Source: Mytilus californianus
Lineage: Eukaryota
NCBI RefSeq assembly: GCF_021869535.1
Contig: NW_026262701.1
Location: 69,936,001-70,000,000, forward strand
DNA: 64,000 bases
Reading direction: 5' to 3'
The notes beneath the pieces were generated by a model, which was not told the origin of the DNA, searched no databases, and saw only the letters and a program-made list of their open reading frames with translations. This document shows, in pieces, positions 1 through 12,622 of the stretch. The first letter of the stretch is position 1; each line of letters begins with the position of its first letter. The position numbers and the translations under genes are program-made.

Positions 1-2017
1 TGAATAAGATCAAATGAAAGATATCCATCAAGATATATGACAATGGATTTTGATCAGTCTTTATTGAATCTTGACACACGAAGTCTGCTTGGCCTTGAAC
101 ACACTCAAATGGAAGTTCATATATGGAAGCTATCCAATTGTTACGTCTCCAAAATGTTCGTCCTTGACCCCACTGAGTGTATTTCATTCACAATCTGTAT
201 CGGGCGCAATCGCAAGAATAAGAATTGGAATAAAATACAATCTTTCAGATTTTAAACAAATGAAATCAGAGGCACTACAATCTTATATTAGAATGAACAA
301 TGTGATTCATGGTGACTGCTCTTCTACAAGTAGCTTTAAGTATTAGCTAAAATATTTCTTTTGTGTTAAAACTTTAAGCAGAGCCTTTTATACACATTGA
401 CTGATTGGTCTGTATATGGTTTATAGCCTATATATCATATGTTTAACCTGGAGGAGATTCTAACAGCGGATACATAAGAGTAATTTCGTCCAAAGGAACA
501 ATCTTGAACTTTTTGTTCTTTACTGTCTTTTATGATAATAAGGGCATATCTTTGAGAAAACAACAAATAATTTTGAAATCAAAGAGAATGAAAGTAAAGA
601 TATGGATGTAAATCAAAAGAAAATGCCTATAGACATGATAGAACGGCTATTTTCCAATTCGTACACCAACTTCCGAAGTAATGTTAAGTGTCTTATTTCG
701 AATACTAGTATTTTGAAACACAAGGAAAATTACTATCAGTTTGCAAAGACACTCCATACAATTTCCTATACGACTTTGACTTATACATATCTATCTACTT
801 TTTCGTCCTTTTTCGTTACTTTTTCATTTTTCCTTCTGCAATACAATTGAGGATGAAAAACATTTTCTTTTGTATTGCAGGAAAAACGCTTCCATTAGAC
901 CAGTTTTTATTGAAAAATTAACAAAGGCTAAAAGTATAGAAAATTTTGATAGCCTCAATGAAAATGAAAAAATGATAAATATTCTTTGCCCATCAACACA
1001 ATATATAACTGTCCAAATTTATAATAAAATGAACTGACTTGTTTCCAAGAATACAAGGCACGGGTTAATATAAGAATGTACATAATCATTGATAATTGGA
1101 CCCTAGATATGAGCCTCAATATGACTTCTACCCAAATTTTGTTGAGGTTCGTGTACCTCAATCTTTAGTCTTTGTATATAGTGTTTTCTGGACTGTTGTT
1201 TGTTCTCGGACCTCTTCTTTGAATGTCCCCTTGGTATATATTCTCCCTTTTTACAACCTAAGCAGGTCAGTGGATAAGTAAAAAGTAGTAAAGAACAATT
1301 TGGAAGTTATATACAGAGTTGATCTCCAGGGCCTTATCTGGAGAAAAAATTAGAAACTCTTCTTCTGCTGGAAGTCTCTTCTACTATTTGACATGTTTGA
1401 TAGTGGTGCGTAGTCTTTTTTTTTGTTGCACTTTCTTCGAAGGCAATTTCTCCCTGTTTAATTATTCCACATACTTTTGATTTTTTCACGTTTTAACATG
1501 CAGTGAGTGTCTAAATTTTGTTACAAGGTTACAAGTAATGATGCGGTTACGAGCCTAACCATGTTTTAATGAATATCTATAATATACTTGAACTGTATGA
1601 GTTTCAATGATAAAGTTTTGGTATTTTTTTTCGCAAAATATAACATCAACTAGATATAAGTTCTTTATGTCAATTTTTAAAGCTGCACTAAATCGAAATG
1701 ACCTTGAGATTTATAATTACATTTAAAGTTTTTACATTCTAATACAGTGGCCTTGACCGCTAAAAGAACACTGTCCAATTATGTTATTTGATAGGACCGA
1801 GATCGATTTTAATGATTACTAGATTATAAACATTACATGTTTATCATTGATTTGTAGAACGACCAATAGTGTATAAATTTCCCTCTAATCTGTTGTTAAT
1901 TTTCTCATTTACAGCTGATCGAAGTTACGCTGAACTCAAAGATAAATCAAATTTATATTAAACAAATAGCTTCTCACAAAAGGTCAAGTGGACAAATACT
2001 TAAGGTAAATTTTCTCA

Positions 2018-2524
<507 letters not shown>

Positions 2525-4222
2525 TTAGATGCTACCCACATGGAGGGAGGGTGTAAAACTCCAAGCTAGATATGTATTTTCACAGAAACAAATAACATTA
2601 TCCACATAAATCCGCCAAGAAAATAATTCACCGGCATTCTCTATCCAAAATGGCTGACATAATCCTATGAGACTCGTCAGAAACAGAAATCAATGAAATG
2701 GTGTAAATTAAGGTTAATTAAGAAAAAGTCAGGTGAATAATAATTGTTCAACAATTTCATCCTAACATTGATTCATGGCTATGTGGTTGGAGCTTAAATC
2801 CAGAAAGCAGACTGATTGTCGTATCGTCAAATCACATTGTTACATAAGAAATACGTCAGATGTAATATTTTTTTTTATAAACACTCACTTGAATCTGTAT
2901 CTCTTTCAAGAAAAGATGGCGTAGTGAATCTCGACAAATTACTTATGCCATGTTATTTTTCAATCAAAGTCGTAGCGCAGGCGTAGCCATTTTTGAAGCC
3001 TTCATTATTTTGTTATCGAAAATTGTTATGAATTAAGTATATTCAGTAATGAAAAGATACTATAAGATGATTCGAAATTATCATCGACAGGGTGAATAAA
3101 TTATGCGAAAATGTCGGACATAACACAGTATCTGACTCCTCGGGTCGGGTCTCCATATATGGCCGCACGTTACTATTGGCCAAGCGTCTGGTAATATAGC
3201 TGCCTCCTGAAACGCCACATGTTCTCGCAGATAAGATACTTGCATCAACACTTTAACGAAGGCAATTTTCGTTTTTCCAGTAATTCCAAGATTTACACAG
3301 TGACAAATAAATAATTAATGTACACATGAACGATCGGTTTGATCGATCTCAGGTATACATAGACAATACGCAGGTTGTGTCTATTGATTTTGCTCATGAA
3401 GTAAGAAGAGCTGCTTGAAAAGTTTGGGACATATGCAGATGATTGTTTTTCTATTGATCTCGCGATAATTTAACGAGATCACTTGATTAAGATCAACAGC
3501 TCTCCAATAAAATACTTAAATATTGCTCATTATGTATACAAAAATTTAGCTTATTGATTCAGCGTTTGTTTGCTATAACTGGTCGATCCATGTTCATTTT
3601 TTCTTTCTTTCGTTTTTCTTTCATTTATTTTAATTTTTATTAAGAGTATGTGATTATCTCATAAGATAAAAAAGTTTTAAAACATGATATAAAGCGCTAG
3701 TGATTTTAAAGATTAAGATTTTAACAAATTTAGCCAAAATGTATTAAACGACATTAAAAAGATAAAAAGAACAAAATCAGAATATTAAGTGAAACTAAAC
3801 AATAGCGATAAAAATTGTTGTCCAATAATTGGGTATTTTCTAAGAAAAAATAAATAATAAGCAACGTCCAGTGGCAAACATTACATGCATTTACAGGACG
3901 AATACACGACGAATGTATACGTAAATTTTTTTGCTTTAACTCTAAAATGCCGTGCAAACATTAATTGTTAAATGCATGTATACAAGTATATAACTATTTA
4001 ACTGAAAGAGAGCATTGGTTTAACGAGAAAATACAAAAGACAAAAATTGATCAAACTGTCCAAAAAGAGTAAACAGTGAAGATTTTCAAGAACACAAGTT
4101 TTTTCTTAAACCCCGAAGTACGAGTGCCTGTAATAAAGTTTTTTTTCTAGCCATGGTATCATCTGGATGAACGAATTCTTTCTAAATGTACAACTCTCTC
4201 GGAATTCGTGACACGCTTACCA

Positions 4223-4422
4223 GAGGATCTGGATGGGGTTTACAGCATAGGGAATAATGGGCAAAAAGTGCAGAATTAAAGTGCAACAAAATTTAAAAAA
4301 CAGAGAAAAATGGAAAGCTAAAATGTAAAAAAATAGAATAATGGTCAAAATGAATAAAGAATAGAGACAAATGGTCTAAAACTTAAAGAATAAAGAAATG
4401 AAGGACCCCTATACAGACCCTC
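4223..4422. mobile_element. MITE-like element with GAGG(G/A)TCTGGATGGGGT termini and internal purine-rich sub-repeats
   Basis: Left end gaggatctggatggggt, right end acccctatacagaccctc. A reverse-oriented relative lies at 54538-54748. Confidence 0.65.
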
Positions 4423-5046
4423 CTACCTTGCGATATATTTGTAGTTGAGCGGTGAACTCGTTTGCATTTTTGATCTAAAATATTGTTAAAATTTTCATGA
4501 CAACATACATTCATATATATATCTTAACCTGCTTTTTTACAAGTCAATATGTCTAACATGTGGAAATGTTTGCCTTTCTCGTGCCATTGTTTGCGCATCA
4601 ATTCGTTCTTTATTTAATCAAGTACGTTGATTTGTTCTGTAATAACACCTTAGTAATTCATATTTATATAGGCCAAGTACAGCAAACAGATATGTGGAAT
4701 AAATTCAATCTTCACAAATGTGCATACCGTAAACGATGTCGCTATATTTAAGGTTCATCATAAGCGGCTATGTTTACACAAAAATAATTTATTTTAAGTA
4801 CAGACAAACCTGTGCAACTGAAAGCGTTTTTAAGGCCGGGAAGGACATTTAATTATAGGTATATAGAATATAAATGCATTTTGCGTTTCAGAAATGAAAA
4901 AAAAAACCTATTCTAGATTTTGATGTGCTTTTTGCGTTGCTACAGAAGGTGTAAAAATAAAACAAGTCCGGTAAATTTTTTGAGATGTTCCCCTCAGGTC
5001 ATTGAATTGCATTGTATTGATTAATATGGACAATAGAGGGACAATA

Positions 5047-5216
5047 TATAGGCGGCCCCTCCAGGGGGAGGGGGCGGCCCCTCCCCCTTGCCCGGCCCCC
5101 TTTTGAGGGAAAAATTTGGTTGATTATATAGGGAATCACTGAAGCATGACTGGAGCAGGGCCCCCCTTAGGTCAGTCAGTGGGCCCCCCTTATAAAAAGT
5201 TCTGGATCCGCCACTG
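5047..5216. mobile_element. MITE with CAG(T/A)GGCGGAT terminal inverted repeats and 5-bp TSD (CAATA)
   Basis: Right end ggatccgccactg, decayed left end tataggcgg. CAATA occurs at 5042-5046 and 5217-5221. The internal sequence is the reverse complement of the 10360-10468 element. Confidence 0.75.
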
Positions 5217-7504
5217 CAATAGATACGATATCTGCATTGAATAGTGCTACTGAGTGGACATAATCAAACAAAATTCAAGTTTTGAACGTGTTGGCTTATT
5301 TTACCATCTTAATCGATGCCAAAAAAAAATCTCAAAATTTTATTAAACACAAATGCATTTAACTTTTACATATTTGGGTCTTACAAGGACTTAATACGTT
5401 TCCAGCTTTACAGGTTTGTCAGCTCTCTGAATACATTTCGTGGTGTAAACACAGCCATGTTTGCCAAATGGTTATGATGAACCTTAAGTGCACATGTAAA
5501 TCAATTACTGATACGCATCTAATAGGATTAGTGTGTCGAGATATGCTTTGTGTATCATCATCGTGCACCGGGTTTTATTAATGGGTACTCATTGTGCTGT
5601 TCAATACACTTTGTTACATATACATTGATATGCATTTGCTAAATATTTATAATATACATGATGTCAGATAAAACTTTTCCCTTCTGCCTGTTTTGAGATA
5701 TAAGCATTTAAAAATATGGCGGGAAACAGCTAGAAGTTTTTATGATTTTTAATAGATCTTTTCGCTGTATAAATCGTTTAAAATTAAAATAACAATGCTA
5801 CGAGTTTAACTTTTCTTTAAAGGTATGGAGTGCTTCGCAGTATCATAAATAAACGTCAGCCTAATGTATTTGAGTTTTTTGTTTTTATTTTTAGAGAAAA
5901 CGACAATTTTTAGCCTTTTTTCCAGAAGTATTTATTATTTTTTTCATATTTTCGGATACCGTTTTATTGGAATTTTAGAGTCATTATTATTATTAATATG
6001 ATACAAAATGGGACCTCACAGGAATAAGCTCCGATCAGAGGGTCACGAATTAATAAGGGACTTTGAAAAGAAAATATACATAAAATAGTTAAAAACTAAC
6101 AATATTTTTTCTGTCATGTACAATTAAATGGACACTCTCGACTTCATCATCACCTTAATAACACAGCGAGAGTAACCCATGCATTTAAGATTTAAAATAA
6201 TAAAGTTCCGAGGGTAACACATATAACGTTGACGTTATATACTGGCGTGTTGGTTGTTTTGTTAACCTATCTTTTTAAGCGCTTATCCAACAGTAGGTGT
6301 GATTCTATAGCAACATATTCATCGATAGGGTCTTGCATACCCGTACTGTCAGACCATCCGTAAAAATACAATATCTTCTCCCCTTCCTTACGTATTCCAC
6401 AATTTAAAACCCATTCAAGTCAAAAGAAGCCACATCAATAAGCAACCAATCAGAACAGGCTGTTGTTTGGTAATAATATGTCAAATTAAACTATTAACGA
6501 AGCAATAACCGAATTGTACAGGGACAAGTTTAGACTAAGTGTTTTTAAAGAAATTATTAAAAGAAAAATGGGGGTGATATTTTCTATTACTATTAAATGA
6601 AAAAGGTCAAAAGATCTAGAAAAAAGAGAGACTGGGATCCTAGCTCACTGTTCGACGAGAAGCAGAGATTTAGCCAGGATTTCAAATAAATAGATGGCAA
6701 ACATGACAAGCGAACATCCTAAATATAAACATTTCCGTTTTTGTAATCACGCGGGACGCGGTTGTTTTGTCTTCTGTGTTTATTTAAACATTTGGTACAC
6801 GTGACTGAAATGATATACACTTTATACCTGATGATACGCCTTGAAAGTCTGGATTTATAGCATAGTCAACTTGATTGTGGTTTTCCGTTGGTCCAATCCC
6901 TGTATGATCAAAACCTATATTTACTTCAATCTGCGTCATTTAGTCTCTTGTATATATATAGTTGTCTCAATCGCAAGCATACCACATCTTCTTATTTTTA
7001 AACTGTGTAATAAACTAGTAGTTCGTTTGTTTATTCTGTATCCTGCCAGCATTTTGGAATTAGAACAAACAATATAGTTGCATCGATCGCGAGTCAGAAT
7101 AATACTGATATCGATGAATCGTTTGGAAGCCATTGGAAGTCGCAAATTCTTATCTATAGCCTTAGACCCTGGCCCAATATCTCCTTCATGGCGGTAGTAA
7201 GCAGTGGTCTAGGATCCGTGGACATTTTCAATTGATTTTATTTGGTAAAGCGAAATCATTTTTTGCGCAAAAATATTGAAAATTACTACAAGCAAAATCA
7301 AATGCTTAATGTATAACTAAGGAAACTATAACTCAAAAGCTGAATATTTAATATTATTTTATTTGTTTAGAGATACAAAATAGAAAGCCCACAAGGTATT
7401 TCAACTGATGAAATCCTCTCCCTTATTCGCAAAATATGGATGGTAATTATTTCTTTAGTTCTTTCATGTAGTCACAGATATGGTGTTTCGCTCGTTCTGC
7501 ATTT

Positions 7505-10500
7505 TCACTTGGTCTCACAGTATGATGCTGTTTGATCGGTTTTCAAGAAATTTTTAGTGTTGACTTTGAAATCTTCGAGTTCTTGGAAAAGCTTATTTTT
7601 TATTTCTTCTGTAATTGATTTCTCCCTTGCCAGTATCCATGCGAATTCAAAATGTATATCGACTAATTCCGAACAGGAATAAATAAGAGTATATGTTTTG
7701 TAGTCTGTGTCAACCACCCAGTAATTTCCATATGGAGCAGCTGAAATAAAAAGTTGAATTTAGAAGTATAAATATGTTTATTAGGTACGAATTGTAATTT
7801 TGTACAGAATTTGTGTACAAGTTATCAGTATTCTGCGAACGTCTTAACATAACTTGATAAACAAGCACATTTGATTTTGATTTAGCTCATCACTGTCATA
7901 TGCATTGGAGTCCTCAATGCACTTCAGCTTCGCACTTCATTTGGCCTTTTTAACTTTATTGATTCGAGCGTCACTGATGAGTCTTTTGTAGACGAAACGC
8001 GTGTCTGGCGTACAAAATCTTAATCCTTGTATCTATGATGAGTTTAAATATACACATGTCTTAATGCTAGTATATTATATAACACTGTAACAAAGTCTAT
8101 TTATGCATATTGTAAGATAATTTGGTCTCTACATATGCTTTAAAGAAAAGTTTTTAATAGGAATCGAACCAAGGCTGGGTCCTCATTTGTAACTTTATGG
8201 GAAATAGTGCAGTGCTTAATGTTTGGTTGAAGTTTATAAATTTGTGAGTACAAAATCGAGCTGGTTAATCATTAATGACACATGTGTGTCACCTAGCTAG
8301 ATTACACGTACACAACATCTGTATAAACTATAATTTGGAAACAACATGCATAAGAATATAAATCTTTGTCATAGCGTCAACCTATACAGCACTTGATTGA
8401 TTACATCTCTGCTGCTAAATATAACGCCGTCGAACACTCGAACAAAAACGCATTTATTCTTTAATTCACTTTTGAGAATCGTTTTATATGCGATTTCGAA
8501 GGTACAACACCAATAAACACTATGTAATATTTTTTTCTTTTTTTTCCTTTGAAAATTGATAGTATATATACATTTGTGCTATCATTTTCAAAATTTGAAT
8601 TACTTTTAGCATGTAACAGTATCATTATAATATTGTGTTTATTATGCACAGTAATCAAACATTTATTTATAGTTTGTACCTAAAACCACATGACCCATGA
8701 CTGTTTCAGATAAAATTCGCATTTATCTCCGATTCCATACACTTTCATTATACATAACTACGACAGCAATGTTTACAAACACAGCCTGAGAAAATAAATG
8801 AGAACTCATAGCCAAACTTAACTTGAAAAAATACTTTTTTTTTTACATTTTTTGTATAGTCATAGAAATTAAACAAACCTTCAGAAAATTTAACCAATAG
8901 CTTTGCTGGTTCATTCTCATCGGGTGCATATCCATCACCAACTATTGAAATCGTTTCTCCATTCCTGAAAGAAAAATCAAGGTATGTTACTCCAACTGAG
9001 AAATTATAGTCATATCAGAGTTATCTCCCATGTAACGTTGATATTTTTCTCAATCTTTCGGGCAATCGTTTATGTATTCAGTCTGACTTTGAATGAAATG
9101 TTTGACATTGGACATTAAATAAGCAATAATCAAGCAATATTAGGCGGTAACGAAAAGTTCATAATTAACTGATTGAACATTGAACCGTTGACATATTTTT
9201 ATGTATGCATCTGAAATGCATGTAACTTGAATAATCTAATATTGGTTACCATAGATATAATTGCCATCTATGTGGTTACTAATGCAGTAAAAATACCGCC
9301 AATTGATCCCTAAACTGGCCTTTCTACTTACGGCGTCTTTCCTTCGTTAAGAACTCGAATGTGTTTGTCCTCCTTAAGTAAATAATTAGCTTTTATGCAT
9401 TCTTGTCCGTCTTCAAAGTTAGCTTTGAATTTGTAGATTTCATACCAATCCCCGAGATACTGAAATAAAAATTCATACTTGTACTACTATTTTAGCGCGG
9501 CTCGCTATGATCATCTCCAATTAAAACTCATCAAGTAATGCTTTTTAATATTACTATGCTTTTTTATTATCAATTTCAAACACATTATCCTACATTTACT
9601 AAAATCGAACTGGTATACCTCACATTTTATATATATCAAATACATATTCATAGAAATTCACATGTATGCTTTCTTTTTAAAGCAAATTTTTATAGTAAAA
9701 AAGGAAACGAAAAAATGATAAATGTCGAGCAAGTAAAAAAATGTCTTCAGAATATTTCGACCTGCTCATCATTTTTTTCCAGGAAATTATTTCACTTATA
9801 ATTGTTTGCTCGCTCCTACGAGTACCATAAAATAAATAAAAAGACCCGGCAACACATAAATTCATTGTGGCATTATTATCATTTTACTTAACTAGATTTA
9901 AAGTCCCATCTTCCTAACTTGCCAGGCAAAATTTCAGTCCCTATCAAATTTCCCTTTTTGCAGTGAAAGTTTCAAGATCGACCCGCTATCCAGAACCTAT
10001 ACTTATACTTGAACTTGATGTAATGTTTAATTTAAAATTGAGAATGGAAATGGGGAATGTGTCAAAGAGACAACAACCCGACCAAAGAGCAGAAAACAGC
10101 CTAAGGCCACTAATAGGTCTTCAACACAGCGAGAAAATTCCGCAACCGGAGGCGAGCTTCAGCTGGCCCCTTAAGAAAAATGTGTACAAGTTCAGTGAAA
10201 ATGAAAGTTTAAACTCCAAAACATATAAATGAACTAAAATTAAAAAAAAAACATACAAGTGGGACAGGCGCAAAAATGCGGCGGGGTTAAACATGTTTAG
10301 TGCTACTCAGTAATAAACGTTTAAATATGAAGTGTCTCTGATGAAAGCTCATCTAGTACCAGTGGCGGATCCAAAAATTTTCATAAGAGGGGGCCCGCTT
10401 AGTCATGCTTCAGTGATTCCCTAAACAATCAACCAAATTTTCCCCACAAAACCCTAAATCCGCCTCTGAGTACTATAAATTATGTTTCCGCACTCGTTAA

Positions 10501-10971
10501 AGGACACTAATTTTCTAATAAACAAAATCAAGTTTATCAAACCAGAAAATCATCAGTGAAATCTGTTTTAACTTTTCAACCCGAAATAATAACTGGGTGC
10601 TAGAAATATTGTCACCTGGTTTCTCATCCAGCAGTAAAACTTAAAGTAAAGAGGGGCATCCGTTTGGCTGAGTGAGATGTATAAATACGCAGTCTCATCT
10701 AATTCGAATAAAAACGTTCACTTGGTGCATTTATTTAAAAGGGAAAGTATCATTGATTTTATTTTTAGTCTTATACATACACATGTATATAAAATAGTTT
10801 GTCGAAAGATTATAGATTACTTGATCATAAATGTTCATAATGTCGTACCTCTTTTACGTCGAGTTCTTTTTGTGCCACCACAGAAGGACATTTTCCTACA
10901 CCAACTATCTGCGCATGAGTAAAACCAACATTAAGTATGGAACATAATACACAGAGTGCCACCGTAAACAT
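7505..10971 (-). CDS. APOD: Apolipoprotein D-like lipocalin, copy A (190 aa); exons 10849-10971, 9332-9459, 8879-8964, 7505-7740
   Basis: Signal peptide MFTVALCVLCSILNVGFTHA-Q followed by GKCP, YLGDWYEI (lipocalin GxW motif), YWVVDTDY, YSC, AWILAR and a C-terminal Cys. All introns are GT-AG with compatible phases (0,2,1), 573 nt total. The first intron falls after codon 41, as in human APOD. Confidence 0.95.
7969..8010 (+). ncRNA. Minimal type I hammerhead ribozyme motif inside a Penelope/retrozyme-type repeat fragment (about 7905-8045)
   Basis: Stem I CGTCA/TGGCG, core CTGATGA, stem II GTC-TTTTGTA-GAC, GAAA, short stem III ACGCGTGT, cleavage triplet GTC at 8003-8005. Confidence 0.85.
10035..10300. 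repeat. Dispersed repeat family A (aaaattgagaatggaaatggggaatgtgtcaaagagacaacaacccgacc...)
   Basis: Similar copies at about 20505-20770 and 61965-62110; reverse-oriented ends at about 42750-42800 and 51790-51840. Confidence 0.8.
10360..10468. mobile_element. Short MITE, TIR CAGTGGCGGAT/ATCCGCCTCTG, 5-bp TSD AGTAC
   Basis: Terminal inverted repeats are directly visible. AGTAC occurs at 10355-10359 and 10469-10473. Located in ApoD-A intron 1. Confidence 0.8.
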
Positions 10972-10994
10972 TTTGATTAGAAGTATTAACAAAC

Positions 10995-11025
10995 GTGATC
11001 GTGTTGCAATATATATACTTCAGTT
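10995..11025 (-). promoter_or_regulatory. Possible TATA-type element upstream of the ApoD-A start
   Basis: TATATATA lies about 45 nt upstream of the ATG. ApoD-B has TATTTATAAG at a similar distance, and both starts share a tcaaaATG context. Confidence 0.3.
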
Positions 11026-12053
11026 ACTTAAGATCTTTATGAAACATCTGAAGAGGTCAACATGATTCAATATGATATAACAACGCCTGACCGACATAAG
11101 GAGTAGCCTACTATTTTTAAACATATGTATATGTAACTGTACAACAAAATTGAATTTCAAAAATAAACAACAAAGGTCTTTTAATCGTCAGTTTTTCAGG
11201 TTTATAATAACAGCACCTTATGTATGGTCATTCTAACTCTTTTTTGTAAATTGACTTGTTTTTTTGTAAACAAAACTATTGTAATTTCACAGATAAATTT
11301 CAAAAACGTAAAAGGATGATCAAACAAAAAATGTGTTGTCGAGTTGTAACACAACCCCTCTTTTTCAGAACCTGGCAAACATTTTGTTTTGAGGGTCATA
11401 TTGTTTAATAAATTGTTTGTTTCTAAGATTTTAAAACAAATATAACTGTTTTCAGAACGGAATGGATTGCTTTTTTTTTGTTTTTTGCATTAGTGAAAAA
11501 TTTTGAAAAAATTGTTTTGTGATGTGTATTTTTAAATAAAGTTGAAAAAAATGGTGTGTCCAGAGAAACAACCCTTTCTCATACGTACATAAATACCCCC
11601 CCCCCCCCCCTCACACACACACAAGGAAAGATCGATGCTTTATACGAGAATGAACACGTGAAAATGCAACATAGACACGTGGATGAATTGAAATAACATA
11701 TATAAATACGTATAAGTTTACCTTTGATTGACGCTGTTTCACTTTGAATTCCAACAGTTTTACTTGCTGGGTTATTATGTGTTTACCTTTCTGTCTGCGA
11801 TATGTGTGATGCTTGCCAATGGGAAAGCAATCTTTCGAAGATGTGAACAACGATCTTCAACAATGTGCAAAACCCATACCGTATTGGCCCCGATATGTTA
11901 AAATGCGAAATATTTCAACAGTATAAAAACAAACGGTTTGATTTATTCTGCAAAAATAAATAAAGCAGCGCGATGTTGTGCAATAAACCGTAAAAATAGG
12001 ATGTGATGTACCGTTTTAATAATATTTTTACCGGTGTATCCAAACTTCCAGTT

Positions 12054-12622
12054 CTACGCAAAACTATTTTAGGACCTCAAAAAAAATATTATTTGAATTC
12101 GACATCACGAATTTAAAAACTCATGATCACGAATCAAAATCGTCATCATGAATTGTAAAACTATGATTTAATTATCAGCAATTATAATTCCTTATCACGG
12201 ATAAAATTCGTGATAATGAATCTGTTGAATTGATTATTCATAATTTTGTAATTCGTAGTAAAGGAAGAAATCTGTTATCACGGATTTTTTAAAAACGTTA
12301 TTATAATATCAAATTTGTTATCACGACTAAAATAAAAACATTGTCGTAATCGCAAATTTTTAATCCGAAAATTTGTGATAACAAACTCATTGGATTCTTT
12401 ATCACGCATTTAATCCGTAATAGCGAAACAGAGTTTGTTATATCGAATTATACATTTTAAATCCGCTATCACGAATTACACAAATCTGTGATAACAAATT
12501 CCTTAGATTCGTTATAAAGAAAGCACTCCGTAATAACGCATTATAAAATTCGCGATAACAATTTTTGAAAATCGTGATCCCGAATAAAAATTATATTTTG
12601 GGAGGTCCTAAATGGTCTTACT
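12054..12622. mobile_element. MITE-like element with long imperfect TIRs (...taggacctc.../...gaggtccta...) and internal atcacga/gtgataa sub-repeats
   Basis: The ends are inverted and the short motifs recur throughout. A related copy lies at 57444-58152. Confidence 0.7.

Noticed and set aside
37-1281. Short ORFs of 60-90 aa at the window start (and similar ones throughout)
   Set aside because: They have no domain, coding-like composition or splice support, and many overlap repeats or are antisense to real exons.
6828-6850. CTGATGA...GAAA motif suggesting a hammerhead
   Set aside because: No stem II or stem I pairing can be formed.
7371-7395. Possible 25-nt plus-strand exon antisense to the ApoD-A 3' end
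   Set aside because: Isolated AG/GT pair in AT-rich DNA with no other support.
11758-11900. Plus-strand frame ...VMLANGKAIFRRCE resembling a c-type lysozyme start
   Set aside because: It has no start codon, runs into a family B repeat fragment, and shows no further lysozyme motifs.
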